63,940 nt of DNA, filler included, from Hausera hauseri (GCA_046269625.1; 12 parts of 12 records of this genome joined end to end with filler, not necessarily neighbours in it); one strand, 5' to 3'. Positions 36,954 to 49,245 are shown, counted from the first letter of the whole stretch. Notes: generated by a model from the letters alone, not told the origin. A program made the numbers and translations.

Positions 36954-39646
36954 CTACCCTGGGTCAATTAGAATGGCTTTTGGCCTTCTTTTGTTCAAGT
37001 CTAATCTGTAATCATAATCTGGGATTTCTGCGATTATTTCACTGTTTAAATTATCTAGGGCTTTATAAAAGTTAATTGCTCTTTTGTTTGCATACTTTCT
37101 AATAGTGGAGAAATTGAGGTCCCTCCTTATGGTGGAGTTTCTCATATAACGCCACGCGCGTCTAATTTGTCTTAAGGTTTTATTGTGTTTACGTTCAAGT
37201 ATGTCTACGTTTGACTTGGCCGCAAACAGCCATACCTCTGTTGCGTATAGAAGAATAGGGAGAACCCCACATTTATAGATGGTGGCCCTAGTGTGAATAT
37301 CAATTTTACGGTTGAAGAGCAGTGATGTGAGGTTCTCTTCAACCCGTTTCGCCCTATGAACCACGCTATTAATGTGGGGTCTCATAGTTAAATGGTGGTC
37401 TATTATTACTCCAAGGTATGTAATCTGTTTTTCCCATTTTATTGGGGTATCGTACACATAAAGGCGGGGAGGGTCAGTAAAGGCCCGAGAGAAGTATATT
37501 GCATGAGATTTTGAAGAGTTTACTCGGATTTTCCATGTGAGGTACCACTCTTCAAGCATTCGAACATGTAACTGTAGTTGTTTTGTGAGTATTGTTGGGT
37601 GGTGTGCAGTGGACAAGATCGCCGTATCATCTGCATATAGTGCAAGATGAGTACAGGACGATCTTGGGATGTCATTGACGTACAGGTTAAAGAGGGTGGG
37701 TCCCAAGATGCTACGCTGGGGCACACCGCTCTTAACCGTGTGAGTGGTGGAAAGCTTATGGCCCACTCTGACAGAGAATTCCCTGTCAGAGAGGTAGGAG
37801 TGTAAGAGATGTATTAGTGTATCCGGGAATTTTAGTTTTATCAGTTTGAATATAAGGCCTGGGTGGTATATTTTGTCGAATGCCTTTGCTACATCGAGCA
37901 TGAGAGCTCCTGCATGTACTCCTGCAGTTTTCTGCAGGCCGTCTGCGGCGAACTCCATGACTCGAAGTAGCTGAAGAGTGGTACTATGTTTTTGCCTGAA
38001 TCCAGCTTGTTCCGGGATAAGGATGTTATGATTGTCAATGTGGTCCTGGACCCGGAATAGGACCACCCTTTCCGCTACCTTGCCAATGGCAGAGAGTAGA
38101 CTGATCGGGCGGTAACTAACCGGATCCTGAAGGTTCGCATTTGGCTTGGGGATGGGACAGATAACTGATTTTTTCCATTTTAGTGGGAAGTAGTGGTGAT
38201 ACAGTATGCCATTGATGATACCTGTAATGTATATTAGAATGTTAGCTGGGAGAATTTTTAATAGCTTATTGGTGACCTGGTCTTCTCCCGGGGCTTTACT
38301 GTTTTTGAGTTTGGTTATAATTTGCTGTACCTCCGTGGGGGTGCAGGGTTTTAGAGGAATTGTTGGGGGGGAGTTAAGGAATGCTGACACAGTGTCGTGC
38401 ACAATTTTATCGTTTGTTTCATCAGCTTGGTCGGTATTTGGACTGAACTGTTCCTGATAAACCTGCGCAATAGCGTTTGCCTTATCAGTGTCCTGAAAGG
38501 CAAATGTTCCCTGACTAGTGACAAGCGGTGGAATTGCACGGAAATTTTTCTTGATTTTCTTCTGGAACTTCCAGGCGCTGTTGAGGTCTTCAGAGATTTC
38601 CTCAATAAATTTAGCATATTCGTCCTGTTTATATATTCTTATTTCTCTGACAAGTTGCCGCTTTAGTCTGTGATATTCCGCCAGGTGAGTAGGGCTTCTG
38701 GTGAATTGGTATAGACGCCGTTGGCGATTACGGATTTTAATTTTTGCTTTAATTTCCCTAGGGAGGGAATAATAGTTTTGTTTCTTAATTTCGTACTTGG
38801 CTGCTTCTTTTGCATAATTGATTTCATTGGTGAGTTTATCAACTGCAGCGTCAATATCTGAGGTGGTGCGGATGTTGGGGTACACCAGAAGGGAGCAGTG
38901 CAGTTCATCAGTACAGGTAGTCCAGTTGATGCCATACAAAGGGGAGGGGGGTTCGTATATCTTGAAGTTTGGAAAGCTGATGAGTACAGGCTTATGATCA
39001 GACGTAAAGATATCCAAAGTCTTGACTTGGAGATCAGAGTTTAGGTTTTTTGAAATTGCCAGGTCAAGAAAAGAGGGGTTCCCATGGGAATAATGGGTAG
39101 GGAGGGACAACTATATTATAATTTGAATTATTGTTTAAGAATGCCCAGAGCTGCCTCCCGTACGAATTGTTCGAGAGGCAATTCCACGCTCTGTGCCTGG
39201 CATTGAAGTCACCTGCAACCAGACAGGCGTCTTCATAATTTAGAATACGTTCGAAATCGGACAGCGGGAAGTCAATCCTGTGCCTGACATAAGCCGAGGA
39301 CAGGACAAACTTCGAGCCACTAGGGGAGAGAATTGAAATACTGGTTGCCTCCAAGTCATTGAGGTCAAGATCTGTAATTAGCGAATGGGGTATGCAGTTC
39401 TTGACATATATGCCTGTACCTCCGTGAGTGACGCGGGTGGTGGGGGGGGTCCCTATCAGTACGGTAAAAGGTAAAGTTTGAAATTTTACATTTGTGTTCG
39501 GGCTTGAGACGGGTCTCTTGGACAAGGATTATGTCTACATCGACATCTGTGTCAGTTACAAAGGCCCTAAGCTCGTTAATTTTAGGCAGGAGACTGTTTG
39601 CGTTCCAAGTCAAAATGTTAAGGTTTTTGGTGGGCGCACTAGCCAT
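36954..39646 (-). CDS. Jockey ORF2: APE endonuclease-reverse transcriptase (two frameshifts)
   Basis: MASAPTKNLNILTWNANSL, VQET, GGTGIY, GDFNA, SDH. RT KAPGED, YRPISLL, QAGFR, LDVAKAFD, GVPQRSILGP, YADD, YLGV. Frameshifts at ~39445 and ~39100. Confidence 0.95.
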
Positions 39647-40624
39647 AAAAGTTTGTAAAATTACAATTGGTAAAGATGCGTTGGCAGACAAGGTCGATCT
39701 TGTCTGAAAGGTCCAAGTTTTGCATCCATGTTTGCATAGCAATTTTTATAATTTCGAATAGGTCGGCCCATTCAAATTTTAAAGCGGTGAAAAATTGGCC
39801 GCATAATTTAAAGAAGTTATGATTTTCCTGATTGTTTTCCTGGTTGTTACTGTTCCCTTCAGGAATGGGAGAGGGTGTGTCCTCAATAGTAGCAGCAGGT
39901 GAAGTTATAATTGTTGGGTTGGCTTTTCCTAGTGGTGGGGGTGAGGTATGTGGAATTGTACTTGCTTGGGGCACAGGGGGGGGAGCATTTTGAGGGGGGC
40001 CCTGAAGACCACTTTGTTTAACATTACTTGCCTGTGGCTTGCTTTTTTTAAGCTGGTCGGCGTAGTTCTTGGTATTCTTTTTGGGGGGGTTGGCCCTTTG
40101 TTGGGGGGTCCAGCCTGACTGTTTTGATTATTCTTAGGGAGAGAGGGGAACTCATCTAGTTTTTCTTCCTGTAATGTCTCCCATCTGTTAGCGGTTGGGA
40201 TTGGCGCATGAGTATGAATTAATCGACCATCTACCTGGATGGGGCCACTAGCGCAAATTTCCCTGTTGCGGCGTTTGTTTTCATCCTCTACTGTGCTCTT
40301 AGGGTGTTGGGTTGCGTTAATTTGCGTTGATTGAGCTTCTTGGGCCTTTGCTGTTTTCCGTGAGGCCGGGTGCCTTGGGCAGCCCTTATAATTGGCCGCG
40401 TGGGGGCCCTGGCAGTTTGCGCACCTGAGGGGATCCTCGGGTTTAAGCGGGCAATTACGGGCAAAATGCGGCCCTGCACATTTTAGGCATTTACGGGGCA
40501 TTTTGCACGTAAATGGAGAATGGCCGAAGGCCTGACATGAATAGCACTGTTTGTACGGTTGTGCTTTGAAGGTGTCAACTTCAATATCGAATTTTAATAG
40601 TTTTTTAAGTTTGTAAATATCTGC
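39639..40624 (-). CDS. Jockey ORF1 (gag-like, 3x CCHC), 5' partial, one frameshift
   Basis: QCYSCQAFGHSPFTC, CLKCAGPHFARNC, CANCQGPHAANYKGC. Its stop overlaps the ORF2 start (ATGGCTAG). Confidence 0.9.
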
Positions 40625-40724
40625 NNNNNNNNNNNNNNNNNNNNNNNNNNNNNNNNNNNNNNNNNNNNTTAATTAATTAANNNNNNNNNNNNNNNNNNNN
40701 NNNNNNNNNNNNNNNNNNNNNNNN

Positions 40725-42236
40725 GATAAAGTCAAAAACAAACTATCAACGTAATAGAGATGCAAAAAGTACCGATATTTCTGAAATCAAAGCTTTATTT
40801 GGTATGTTATATTTCCTTGGTGCAATTAAATCAGGAAGACAAAATTTAGATCTTTGGAAACGGATGGTACTGGTATTGATGCCATATATTGTACAATGAC
40901 TTATATTCGATTTCGTTTTCTTTTGAGGTGTTTACGATTTGACGACATAAATTCTCGTGAAAATCTAAGAAAAATTGACAAGCTAGCAGCATTAAGAGAA
41001 GTTTTTACGTTGTTTATAGCTAATTATACAAAAACAGTTGTTCCAGGACCAAATTTAACAATTGATGAACAACTTGTTGCTTTTAGAGGTCGATGCCCTT
41101 TCAAGCAATATATTCCGTCGAAACCCGCGAAATATGGCATAAAGATTTTTGCTTTAGTTGATTGTGAAAACTTGTATGCTTTGAATTTAGAAATGTATGC
41201 AGGCTTATAACTACATGGCCCTAATCTATTATCAAATTCATCTGCAGATGTTGTCAAACGTCTTGGCGAAGTTGTAAAATGAACATATCGAAATATTACT
41301 ATGACTAATTGGTTTTCTAGTTTTCCATTAGCATTAGATCTAAAAATAACTTCAAGTTAACAATGCTAGGAACTTTGAAGAAAAATAAACGCGAAATACA
41401 TTCAGACTTGAGACGTGAGAAAAGTAGTATGTTTGCTTTTCACAATGATTGTACTCTTGTTTCGTTTGTACCTAAGAAAAATAAGAATGTTCTTCTTTTA
41501 TCTACATCACATGATGATGACAGTATAGATGACAATACCGGAAAGTCACAAATGGTTCTTGATTACAATAATAATAAATATGGATGTTATGTGGTAAATC
41601 AAATATGTGGCAGTTATAATGTTGCCCGGTATGATAGAAGATGGCCAGAAACAATTTTTTTGACATCTGGAATATCGCTGGAATAAATACAATGGTATTA
41701 TATCACTTAAATGATCCAAATGATAAAATAAATAAGCAAATTTTCCTGCGTATTCTTACTTGAGACATGATCAAATCCCAGATTTGCTCTAGAATACAAC
41801 TTGAATCATTTCCGATGCAGCTCAGAATAAAATGTAATTTTTTTCTAGGTATCGAGGATTCAAGTCCAGAATGCAGTGCTTCAGTTCCAAAAAAGCAGAG
41901 AACTGGAAATGGTTGTTGTCATATTGGTCCCAGAAAAGATGACAAAAGAACAAGAAATTGCTGTTCAATGTGTGACAAGTGGGTTTGTAAAGATCACCAT
42001 GATAATACAGAAATTGTTTGTGTAAAATGTGCAAAGAACAGACAATCTGCAGAAAATTTATTATAAATTAAGTTTTACCCTCGTTTTATGTTTCTTGTTT
42101 ATTCTAATATGTTTAGCATGATTAAAATAAAGTTTTGAACTAGCTGTTTTTTTCTTTCTGTTAGTAATTGATATGGGATACAAATGTATCCCGTGCGACT
42201 ACTGACGTTACAATTCTAGGCGCGTGCAACGGAGGG
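40725..42236 (+). mobile_element. piggyBac transposon, decayed transposase and right end
   Basis: LRFDD, TIDEQLVAFRGRCPFKQYIPSKPAKYGIK, NWFSS, GTLKKNK, DYN and a C-terminal Cys-rich domain. Terminus ...GGAGGG followed by TTAA (42237-42240). Subterminal palindrome GGGATACA-AA-TGTATCCC (42175-42192). Confidence 0.95.
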
Positions 42237-43660
42237 TTAACAATTTGAACTGGTACCTTTCGAAATTTTTTGTCAGAAACCCAGTTTGAATATTAAATGG
42301 AATACGTAGCTTATTAGTTATGTTGGTTCACAGTCCAAAATTTCTAATTCTATTTAAGATATTAGGATTTCGGATTCTTGTCTCTCTTAAAGGAAAAAAG
42401 TTTGCGTTTTTTAACTTTTGGTTGAATAAGAAGATTTTCTTTTTGCTGTTTTAATTCCAACTGATGTTGGATCTCTTTATTAATTGCGTGTCTCGCAAAA
42501 AAGAACTCTAAACGTTCTTGAAAAACCCAAAGGTAATATTCAAATCTAATTTTCAAACGTTCCCAAAGAACTTTGATGCACATTAAATTTTTAATGTATT
42601 CTGTCTTTTATTTGTTCCCTTGTTTTATTTTGGTTCTATTCACTTACTGAAACCAAATGTTGAAGGAAGGAATTATTTAACCTTAATGTTATGAGTTTAT
42701 TACTTTTAGGTATCGAACGTTGGCCTACTATGGTTTCGGCCGTTCACGCTGTTAATTTGTGGGCAAGATTTTAGATTACTCAAAAGAAGATGAGTAAACT
42801 AACACAAATAATTTTTAAAATAAAAAGAAAAATAATGAAATTTTACCCGAATATCGAGAATACTGGAACTGAAATCTTTTATTTCTTGAAAACAAATATC
42901 GTCGGACCAGGAGTCGAACCCGGAGTGGACGTACAAATTTCAATAATAAAGGAAATGATATAACTTTTGAATATCTCGCTCTTAGCGTCAATTTGTTGAG
43001 TTAATTTTATGTTCAATTTTTTAAGTTTTCATTCTTTATTTATACTCTTTTTTCTTTTGTGGGAGTTTTTGTTACTTCTGTGGGTATTTTTTATATTTTA
43101 TGTGGGAGTTTTGATTTTACCTGGGGGTGTTTTTAATTTATTTGGGGGCGTTAATATTTTGGTGTGGGTGTTTTTATTTAAATTTTCTATACTACTGTCT
43201 TGTTTGACAGTAAATAACATTTAATTTACATATCAGACAATGCAACTGCTCATTTTAGCAATCAAACAAATGCATTTGCTTGTTGTAGCGATTATAAATG
43301 ATATTCAGTTAAACTTTTTCACATTGACAATTCATCGTCTAGCACCTATTTTTTGCACGTATTTTATTGCGTTTCAATTCACAATTTTTAACATCAATGT
43401 ATAGTTTTATTCGCATAAGCATGTTTTTGCAAATGCTTCAAATACGCAAACTTACAAAAGCAATCGATAACATATTTTTACAAATGCTTCTAGTAGCATA
43501 ATCAAATACTTTCAATCTAGAAGTTCATGAAAAATGTAGTCAAACAACACGTCACACTACAATAATTCTAAAAATAAAATTGTGAGTGTTGTAACAAAAT
43601 TGTACTGTAGTTAGTACTCTGACGCGCTAGTTTATTTGAACTCTATAGTTCGGAATCGTT

Positions 43661-43710
43661 ATATCAACCTTAACATATCATATATCAACCTTAACATCTC
43701 CCCTCCCTTT
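43661..43710 (-). repeat. Polypurine tract and start of 3' LTR
   Basis: Minus strand AAAGGGAGGGGAGA (43710-43697) followed by TGTTAAGGTTGATA (from 43696). The LTR start is duplicated 21 nt later. Confidence 0.72.
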
Positions 43711-43855
43711 AAATAATTTTTGTCAAAAAATTAAGTATTATCATTTCCTTTATTTCACAGGCAATAGTAAAAAAAAATAAAAATAATACAATAAAAAGAT
43801 GTTTTTAAAAGTGAAACATATTTACAATGAAAAAGCAGCATGAATCACAATAAAG

Positions 43856-46228
43856 TTAAATCTGAATTGTTATGTCATAAGCCGCGAATTCTTCGGTATC
43901 TGTTTGAGTTGCAGTTGATACCTTGTATAGGTTTTCCAAAATAAATTTGTCCTTTTTGGCAAAAATGATCATCCGTATCTTATTTCTGACAGTATTTGTT
44001 AGCATCAACGGTTTTCCTCCCCTTGGTTTGGGGATTGGATCCATATCCAATTGCATTGGAATCGGCTGACTATGAAGTATTAGTTCATGTTTTATTTCAG
44101 CGATTTTTTCTTTCTGTGCTCCTATGAAGGTCAGATGCAGAGTATGATGTATTGGGTGTTTATAGACGAACCCAATAACTTTTCCAAATTCCTTTGTAGG
44201 TATTAATAACCGCGTAGATGTGATAGTCGTTTTTGGCTTCATGGTATAAAGAACGTTTATTGGTTGATAATGGGTTCCATATATTAGTATTGATAATTGA
44301 AGGAAGACAGGGTTGGATTCTGGTTGATTTATCTTCAAAATTTTGGTGGTATTGTCCTTTAATTGCTGTATCGGGCATGGTTTTCTTTGTTCTATTTTTT
44401 CGTAGGTATATCCTTGATGATATTCTGCTGGAATTTTTGAGAAATCTCCATAATCAATTAGGTTATTGATGGGTGGGTCCCAATCTAGAATCCAATGTTC
44501 ATTAGTACAAGTTTTACTAACTTTGTTGTATATCTCGAATAGTGTGATGATGATCTGTTCTGCGGTTTTTGGGAATTCGTTTTGGAGTCCATAAATCGTA
44601 GGTAGTTGAGTTAAATTCAACTTTATCTTTTCTTCAACAAATCGTTGCTTTGAGTTTTTGGCAGCCAATAGATCCATAGTTCCGAATATAAGAGTTTTTG
44701 GTATTCTGAGCGCTTGAAGAATGGTATTAGTATTGACACTGATTATTGTGTATCCATACAAATATTTAATCAGTTCTTTACGAATTTCGTCTTCGTCCGA
44801 TGCTTCTTGTATTAATTGATTCGTTAATCCATGTATGTGTTCATTAGTGTTGGCTATTCGACGTCGAGGTTTCAAGAATGCCTGATAAATGATGAGTTGA
44901 TTCTCATCCGCTATTATGACTTCGATTGGCAGCGCATCTCCATTTGAAGCGTATGCTAATGTGGTTGCTAAAAACCTGTAATTTAAGGCTGTTGTTAGCC
45001 TGTAGTTGTGAACATCATCATTGGGTTTTTGGTAAAAAATAGGTTCTTTGAAACCCATATTTATATCTAATCCTTTGCATGACTCTATTCCGAGTATTAC
45101 TGGTGGTAGTAATACACAGAAAAAGAGTTTTGTTGGATGAATTGTGGATTTAATCTTCATAGAGTTTTTGGCGGTTAATGTCCATTTATCTTCGTAATTG
45201 TCATCTCCCGCACGTATCTGTATTTTTCCTCTGGCAAGATGTATCAGAAAACTTTCGATATCAGGATCAACTTGGAGCAAATCCATTAAGGCTGCATTGT
45301 ATAAAGGTTTCTCTATCTTTATAATTCGAAAAGATCGATCATTTAACGTTTTTGTTTTTAGGGCATTATCTAAATACTTGCATTCGGGATAGAAGATATC
45401 GACTGAGGTTTCTGTTAATTCGACGAGGTGTGAATAGAATTTTGCTGGATATTGATTTTGGTTCGATTCATAAAATTGTATTATTTTTAGTTCTTGTATT
45501 TCATCCATTGATCGATGTTTTAATTGATATTCATTCAGTTCTTCTAAATTGTGGAGCACTTGTTTTTGTAATTTAGTTCTTTTTATTTCAGGCAGATCTT
45601 CGGCACCGAAACTCTTACGTCTAATTTCTGTCATGGATTTGATTTTTTCTTTATATTCTGTTTGTCGTTTGTTGATAAACGATGGAGAGAATCCGCGCTG
45701 TGTTGAGCATCCTGCTAATGGATTCTGAAAAGTGAAATTTGGCTTCATTCCTTCTTGAGGTAGTATAACCCTTCGTTTAGGGTTAGGGACTACCGATATT
45801 ATAGAGACATCTGAATCGGAGTCGTTAGAGGATTTGTCTAGATCTGGATTGTGGTCCTCTGATTTTTCTTGAGTGTTCTCCATTTCATACTCGTAGATCG
45901 GGGTATTTAGCGTACTCATTTGACTGAAAAAGAAAGATTTGTCATAGCAGGTCGTTTTTAATGGCCTGTTAGAAGGGTAGGTGGTTACCCTTCGATAGTT
46001 CATTGGCTTTGTATGTCGGTGCAAATCTATTGGTTTAGATTTGCTATTGTGCTGTAATGTATGCATTAATACTATTGTTCTTGTTGGTGTGTATAATTTG
46101 ATGTGTGTATTTTTGGTATTAAATATTTTATCCCTTTCAACGTCGACTCTCCACTCCACACATGTTAGACATAATAGATGAGTTGACAATAACAAAGTTT
46201 TGTTCATGATTGCTCGTTTTTTGGACAA
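43856..46228 (-). CDS. Orphan LTR-retrotransposon ORF3-position protein with degenerate DEDDh-like domain (copy 2, intact; 687 aa from ATG 45919)
   Basis: Uninterrupted 790-codon frame, open to the contig edge. Homolog at 31479-33742. Followed by PPT and LTR start. Confidence 0.88.
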   Translation of the reverse strand: MSKKRAIMNKTLLLSTHLLCLTCVEWRVDVERDKIFNTKNTHIKLYTPTRTIVLMHTLQHNSKSKPIDLHRHTKPMNYRRVTTYPSNRPLKTTCYDKSFFFSQMSTLNTPIYEYEMENTQEKSEDHNPDLDKSSNDSDSDVSIISVVPNPKRRVILPQEGMKPNFTFQNPLAGCSTQRGFSPSFINKRQTEYKEKIKSMTEIRRKSFGAEDLPEIKRTKLQKQVLHNLEELNEYQLKHRSMDEIQELKIIQFYESNQNQYPAKFYSHLVELTETSVDIFYPECKYLDNALKTKTLNDRSFRIIKIEKPLYNAALMDLLQVDPDIESFLIHLARGKIQIRAGDDNYEDKWTLTAKNSMKIKSTIHPTKLFFCVLLPPVILGIESCKGLDINMGFKEPIFYQKPNDDVHNYRLTTALNYRFLATTLAYASNGDALPIEVIIADENQLIIYQAFLKPRRRIANTNEHIHGLTNQLIQEASDEDEIRKELIKYLYGYTIISVNTNTILQALRIPKTLIFGTMDLLAAKNSKQRFVEEKIKLNLTQLPTIYGLQNEFPKTAEQIIITLFEIYNKVSKTCTNEHWILDWDPPINNLIDYGDFSKIPAEYHQGYTYEKIEQRKPCPIQQLKDNTTKILKINQPESNPVFLQLSILIYGTHYQPINVLYTMKPKTTITSTRLLIPTKEFGKVIGFVYKHPIHHTLHLTFIGAQKEKIAEIKHELILHSQPIPMQLDMDPIPKPRGGKPLMLTNTVRNKIRMIIFAKKDKFILENLYKVSTATQTDTEEFAAYDITIQI

Positions 46229-46340
46229 TCTTTTTATTTCNNNNNNNNNNNNNNNNNNNNNNNNNNNNNNNNNNNNNNNNNNNNTTAATTAATTAANNNN
46301 NNNNNNNNNNNNNNNNNNNNNNNNNNNNNNNNNNNNNNNN

Positions 46341-48290
46341 TGGTGCAGGATGTTCGTGTTGAAAATGGTGTTGGCTGCTGTACTATCAGTAATAGGTGTC
46401 ACGCAGTTGGCAATATAGTATTTGTTACCGTATTAAACATTTCTGTATAATGAATGATTATAAAAATAATTTAAATCGGAAATTGTTTACTTCAGTATTG
46501 ACTTGCTGGAGACGATCGCCCGGGTGGTCACCAAAATGTGCTAATTTGATTAGGATTATTTCCGCACTTTAAGAAACATAGTTTGCAATCTACACGTAAA
46601 TTGTAGTGGGACAGAAAGTCTAATCCCAATATAGGTGTACGTACATTGTCTACTGTAAATTTCCATGTGAATGCGTTTGGAAAATTTGGAAGTGTAAAAG
46701 TTAATTTGGTAACACCAAAAATTTGTAAGGGTTCATCGGACGCAGTGAACAGTTGCTTTTGTGAAGTGAAACTGTTTTGGATATGTTGTGTTGGTGGTAG
46801 TAAAGAGATTGCTGCGCCGATATCTATAAGAAAGTTAATGTTTTGCTTTGTTAAAGCGACAACTGCTGCATCCAACGTGAATACAGCAAAGGAAATATGT
46901 CTGCTATCTTTTTGCAGGTTGTTGCCTTTGCTAAAACTTGCGGTGTGTCGTAGCGGCGAAATCAGTTTTTTGTAGCTCGTTAGCTTGGTCTACTATTTTG
47001 TGTCAGTTAAGTATTGTTTGTTTTATTGTGTGCTTTTGTGCCAAAGCTAGAGTGATAGATGCAAACAATGTTGCTTGTATTAAAGTCGGGGGAGTAAAAT
47101 TTACAACCGATGCAGCATTTCTGAGCATTATTACCAAATTTGTTATGGTATTAGCAAATAGACGATTGCGCAGGCCAAAGCGACCGTCTTAGTCGTTGAT
47201 TAAATACATTAGAGGAAGCAGCCCTAGAAAAACCCCGTCGAGGCAATATTAATTCGTTTAATTTTTCGTTTATGTTGTTAACTGAATTTTGCAACATTTC
47301 ATTTTCTGTGCGCAATTGTGCAATTTGTTGCTGGCTAATTGCATTTTGTTGTTGTTTGGCTGTTGTTAATGCCGCAGAGATGGTTGGTGATGTGTGTGAG
47401 TGCAACACTTCATAGGCCTTGTCCGCCAATTCAGCTACCTTTTCCAGTGCCGTGGAGTCTTTGACCACGGTAAGAAAAGCTCTTATTTGAAGGGGCAATG
47501 CATTTAGAAAATAGCGACGAAGAAGTTCTGGACTATGCTCAGATATAACGCCAAGAGTATTGAGATGAGACAAAAATGTGCGCAAGAATTCAGAAGGCTT
47601 CTGTAGGCCAACGGCGTTGTCGTTGAAGAATTTTTGAATGATTGAGTCGATTGTCGGCTCTGTGAGCTTAAGAATGGCATTATAAAGTTGAGCATATGGA
47701 TCGGTGTGCTGAAGGATATCAATGATATTTGTGATTTTTGTTTTGATGGAAGCAGGTAAATGAAAAAACAGGCTGTTGGCTTTAAATTAGGACTCGACCA
47801 CGTTTTGTAACTGGAGTCAGAATTAATGCAGTTTTAGTTATGTTTGGGTAGACTTTTGGCTGTCGGGGGAGTATTCTGTGCAGGGTGAATGAGTGGGGAG
47901 TGTGTGCTGTGTCAGAGTGTTTGCAGCACTTTGTTTGGGTAAATAAGTGATAGAAATCGGAGGTTTGGTGGGTTTGTCCGCGGAATCAATGGTGGGTGAT
48001 GAGTCCATTCCACCACGGATGCGGAAGTGAATGTTAAGATAAATGTGGGTTGAGGAAGATTGTAGAGTTTCAGCGAGGCGTACTAGAGATCCATTGTATG
48101 ATATAGAAGTTAGAGTAGTGAAGTAAGGTAGAGATGAAGATGTGAATAGCCGCAGTGTGTAAGTGTAATACTCTATATGTGTGAATGTGTTGGTTATTTA
48201 AAAAAGGAAAATGAAGTATGGAGAGATTTAATGTCCGGGGGCGTGTTGTGGGGCTGCAACGAAAAGTGTCGTCTGACCCAATGGTGCAGG
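46341..48290 (-). mobile_element. Ty3/Gypsy (CsRn1-like) 5' part: leader, gag, protease
   Basis: Gag KPSEFLRTF..LLRRYFLNALP..VAELADKA with CHCC knuckle. Protease FLIDIGAAISLLP..TPILGLDFL. Homologous to 16590-18060. Confidence 0.9.
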
Positions 48291-48684
48291 GTGGGCTGCC
48301 GGGACCTAAGCCTCGCCGCGGCGGGTCTTAAATTTCGGGGTAACCGAGGTTCCTGCATTTTTTGCTGTCTTTTGGAGGACTTTAACAGGTTCAAAACCGT
48401 CTTTGGACTGGTATGCAGCGATAAATCCGGGTTGAATAAATTTGGCATTAACACCATGGACATTATGACAATGGCTGAAATAATTGTCTCTTTAATTCGA
48501 ACTGCGTGTAATAGCATTTGAATATCTTTCTCTTGATGTTCTCCATAACAATAACAGGTTCCTCGTGTGTGTACAACCGTTTACACTGGTTGATAAACTT
48601 GTTGATGTACGTGACCACGCCATTATTTATTTCAGTATTCAACTTTTGAATAGCTTTATCAGCACAGTCAATTGCGAATTGAAG

Positions 48685-49245
48685 CGGTATAAGCTGATAG
48701 TCAATGACAGCTTGAACTTGTTCTTGATTGCCGGCATTAATGTTTGACCAAAACCAAACAGCTTCTTTGTTGATTTTTTCTTTTGAATCTTGCAGCAGTT
48801 GTGGGAAATGAGATAATGCCTCATAATGCAATACATATTGCGTTTGTTCATCAGTTCCCGCTAAAATATTATCGACTGCTTGCAATGCAGCCGTTTTCAC
48901 TTTTTCGTCATTATGTGACAACAGTGATACTAAAAACCGAACGATATCAGCATCCATAACCATTTGTATTTGATCATTTGCTCCATCAGTTAAATAAGAT
49001 AATGTCCAAACGGTATCGACCAAAATATTAGTATCTGGATTCTGAATAAGAAAGCGCAATGCAGGTAACAATTTACCGATGGTTGACAGACTAGGAGGCG
49101 GATCTTTCTTACGACAGAGATTGACGATAACACATGTAACGTTTTGTAAAAACGTTATTGGTACGTCCGTGTTTAAGAATTTTAATAATGGATGAACAGC
49201 ACCCAAATTAATACAATAATCACGCAGAGTCGGACCATCACCGTA
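48685..49245 (-). pseudogene. Importin-alpha (alpha-3/4 type) intronless ARM-repeat fragment
   Basis: [84 protein letters not shown]. Lacks the IBB domain and C-terminus, and has non-conservative substitutions. Confidence 0.92.

Larger units (their letters stand above)
36460..40624 (-). mobile_element. Jockey-clade LINE, nearly complete (ORF1 partial, ORF2, 3' UTR)
   Basis: ORF1 with three CCHC knuckles, ORF2 APE endonuclease plus RT, and a structured 3' UTR ending in (TTGCCG)3. Confidence 0.9.

Noticed and set aside
43856-46228. ORF3 as a retroviral-type Env
   Set aside because: No C-terminal transmembrane helix or fusion-peptide region. The MNKTLLLSTHLLCLTC segment is only weakly signal-like and lies upstream of the conserved acceptor/ATG.
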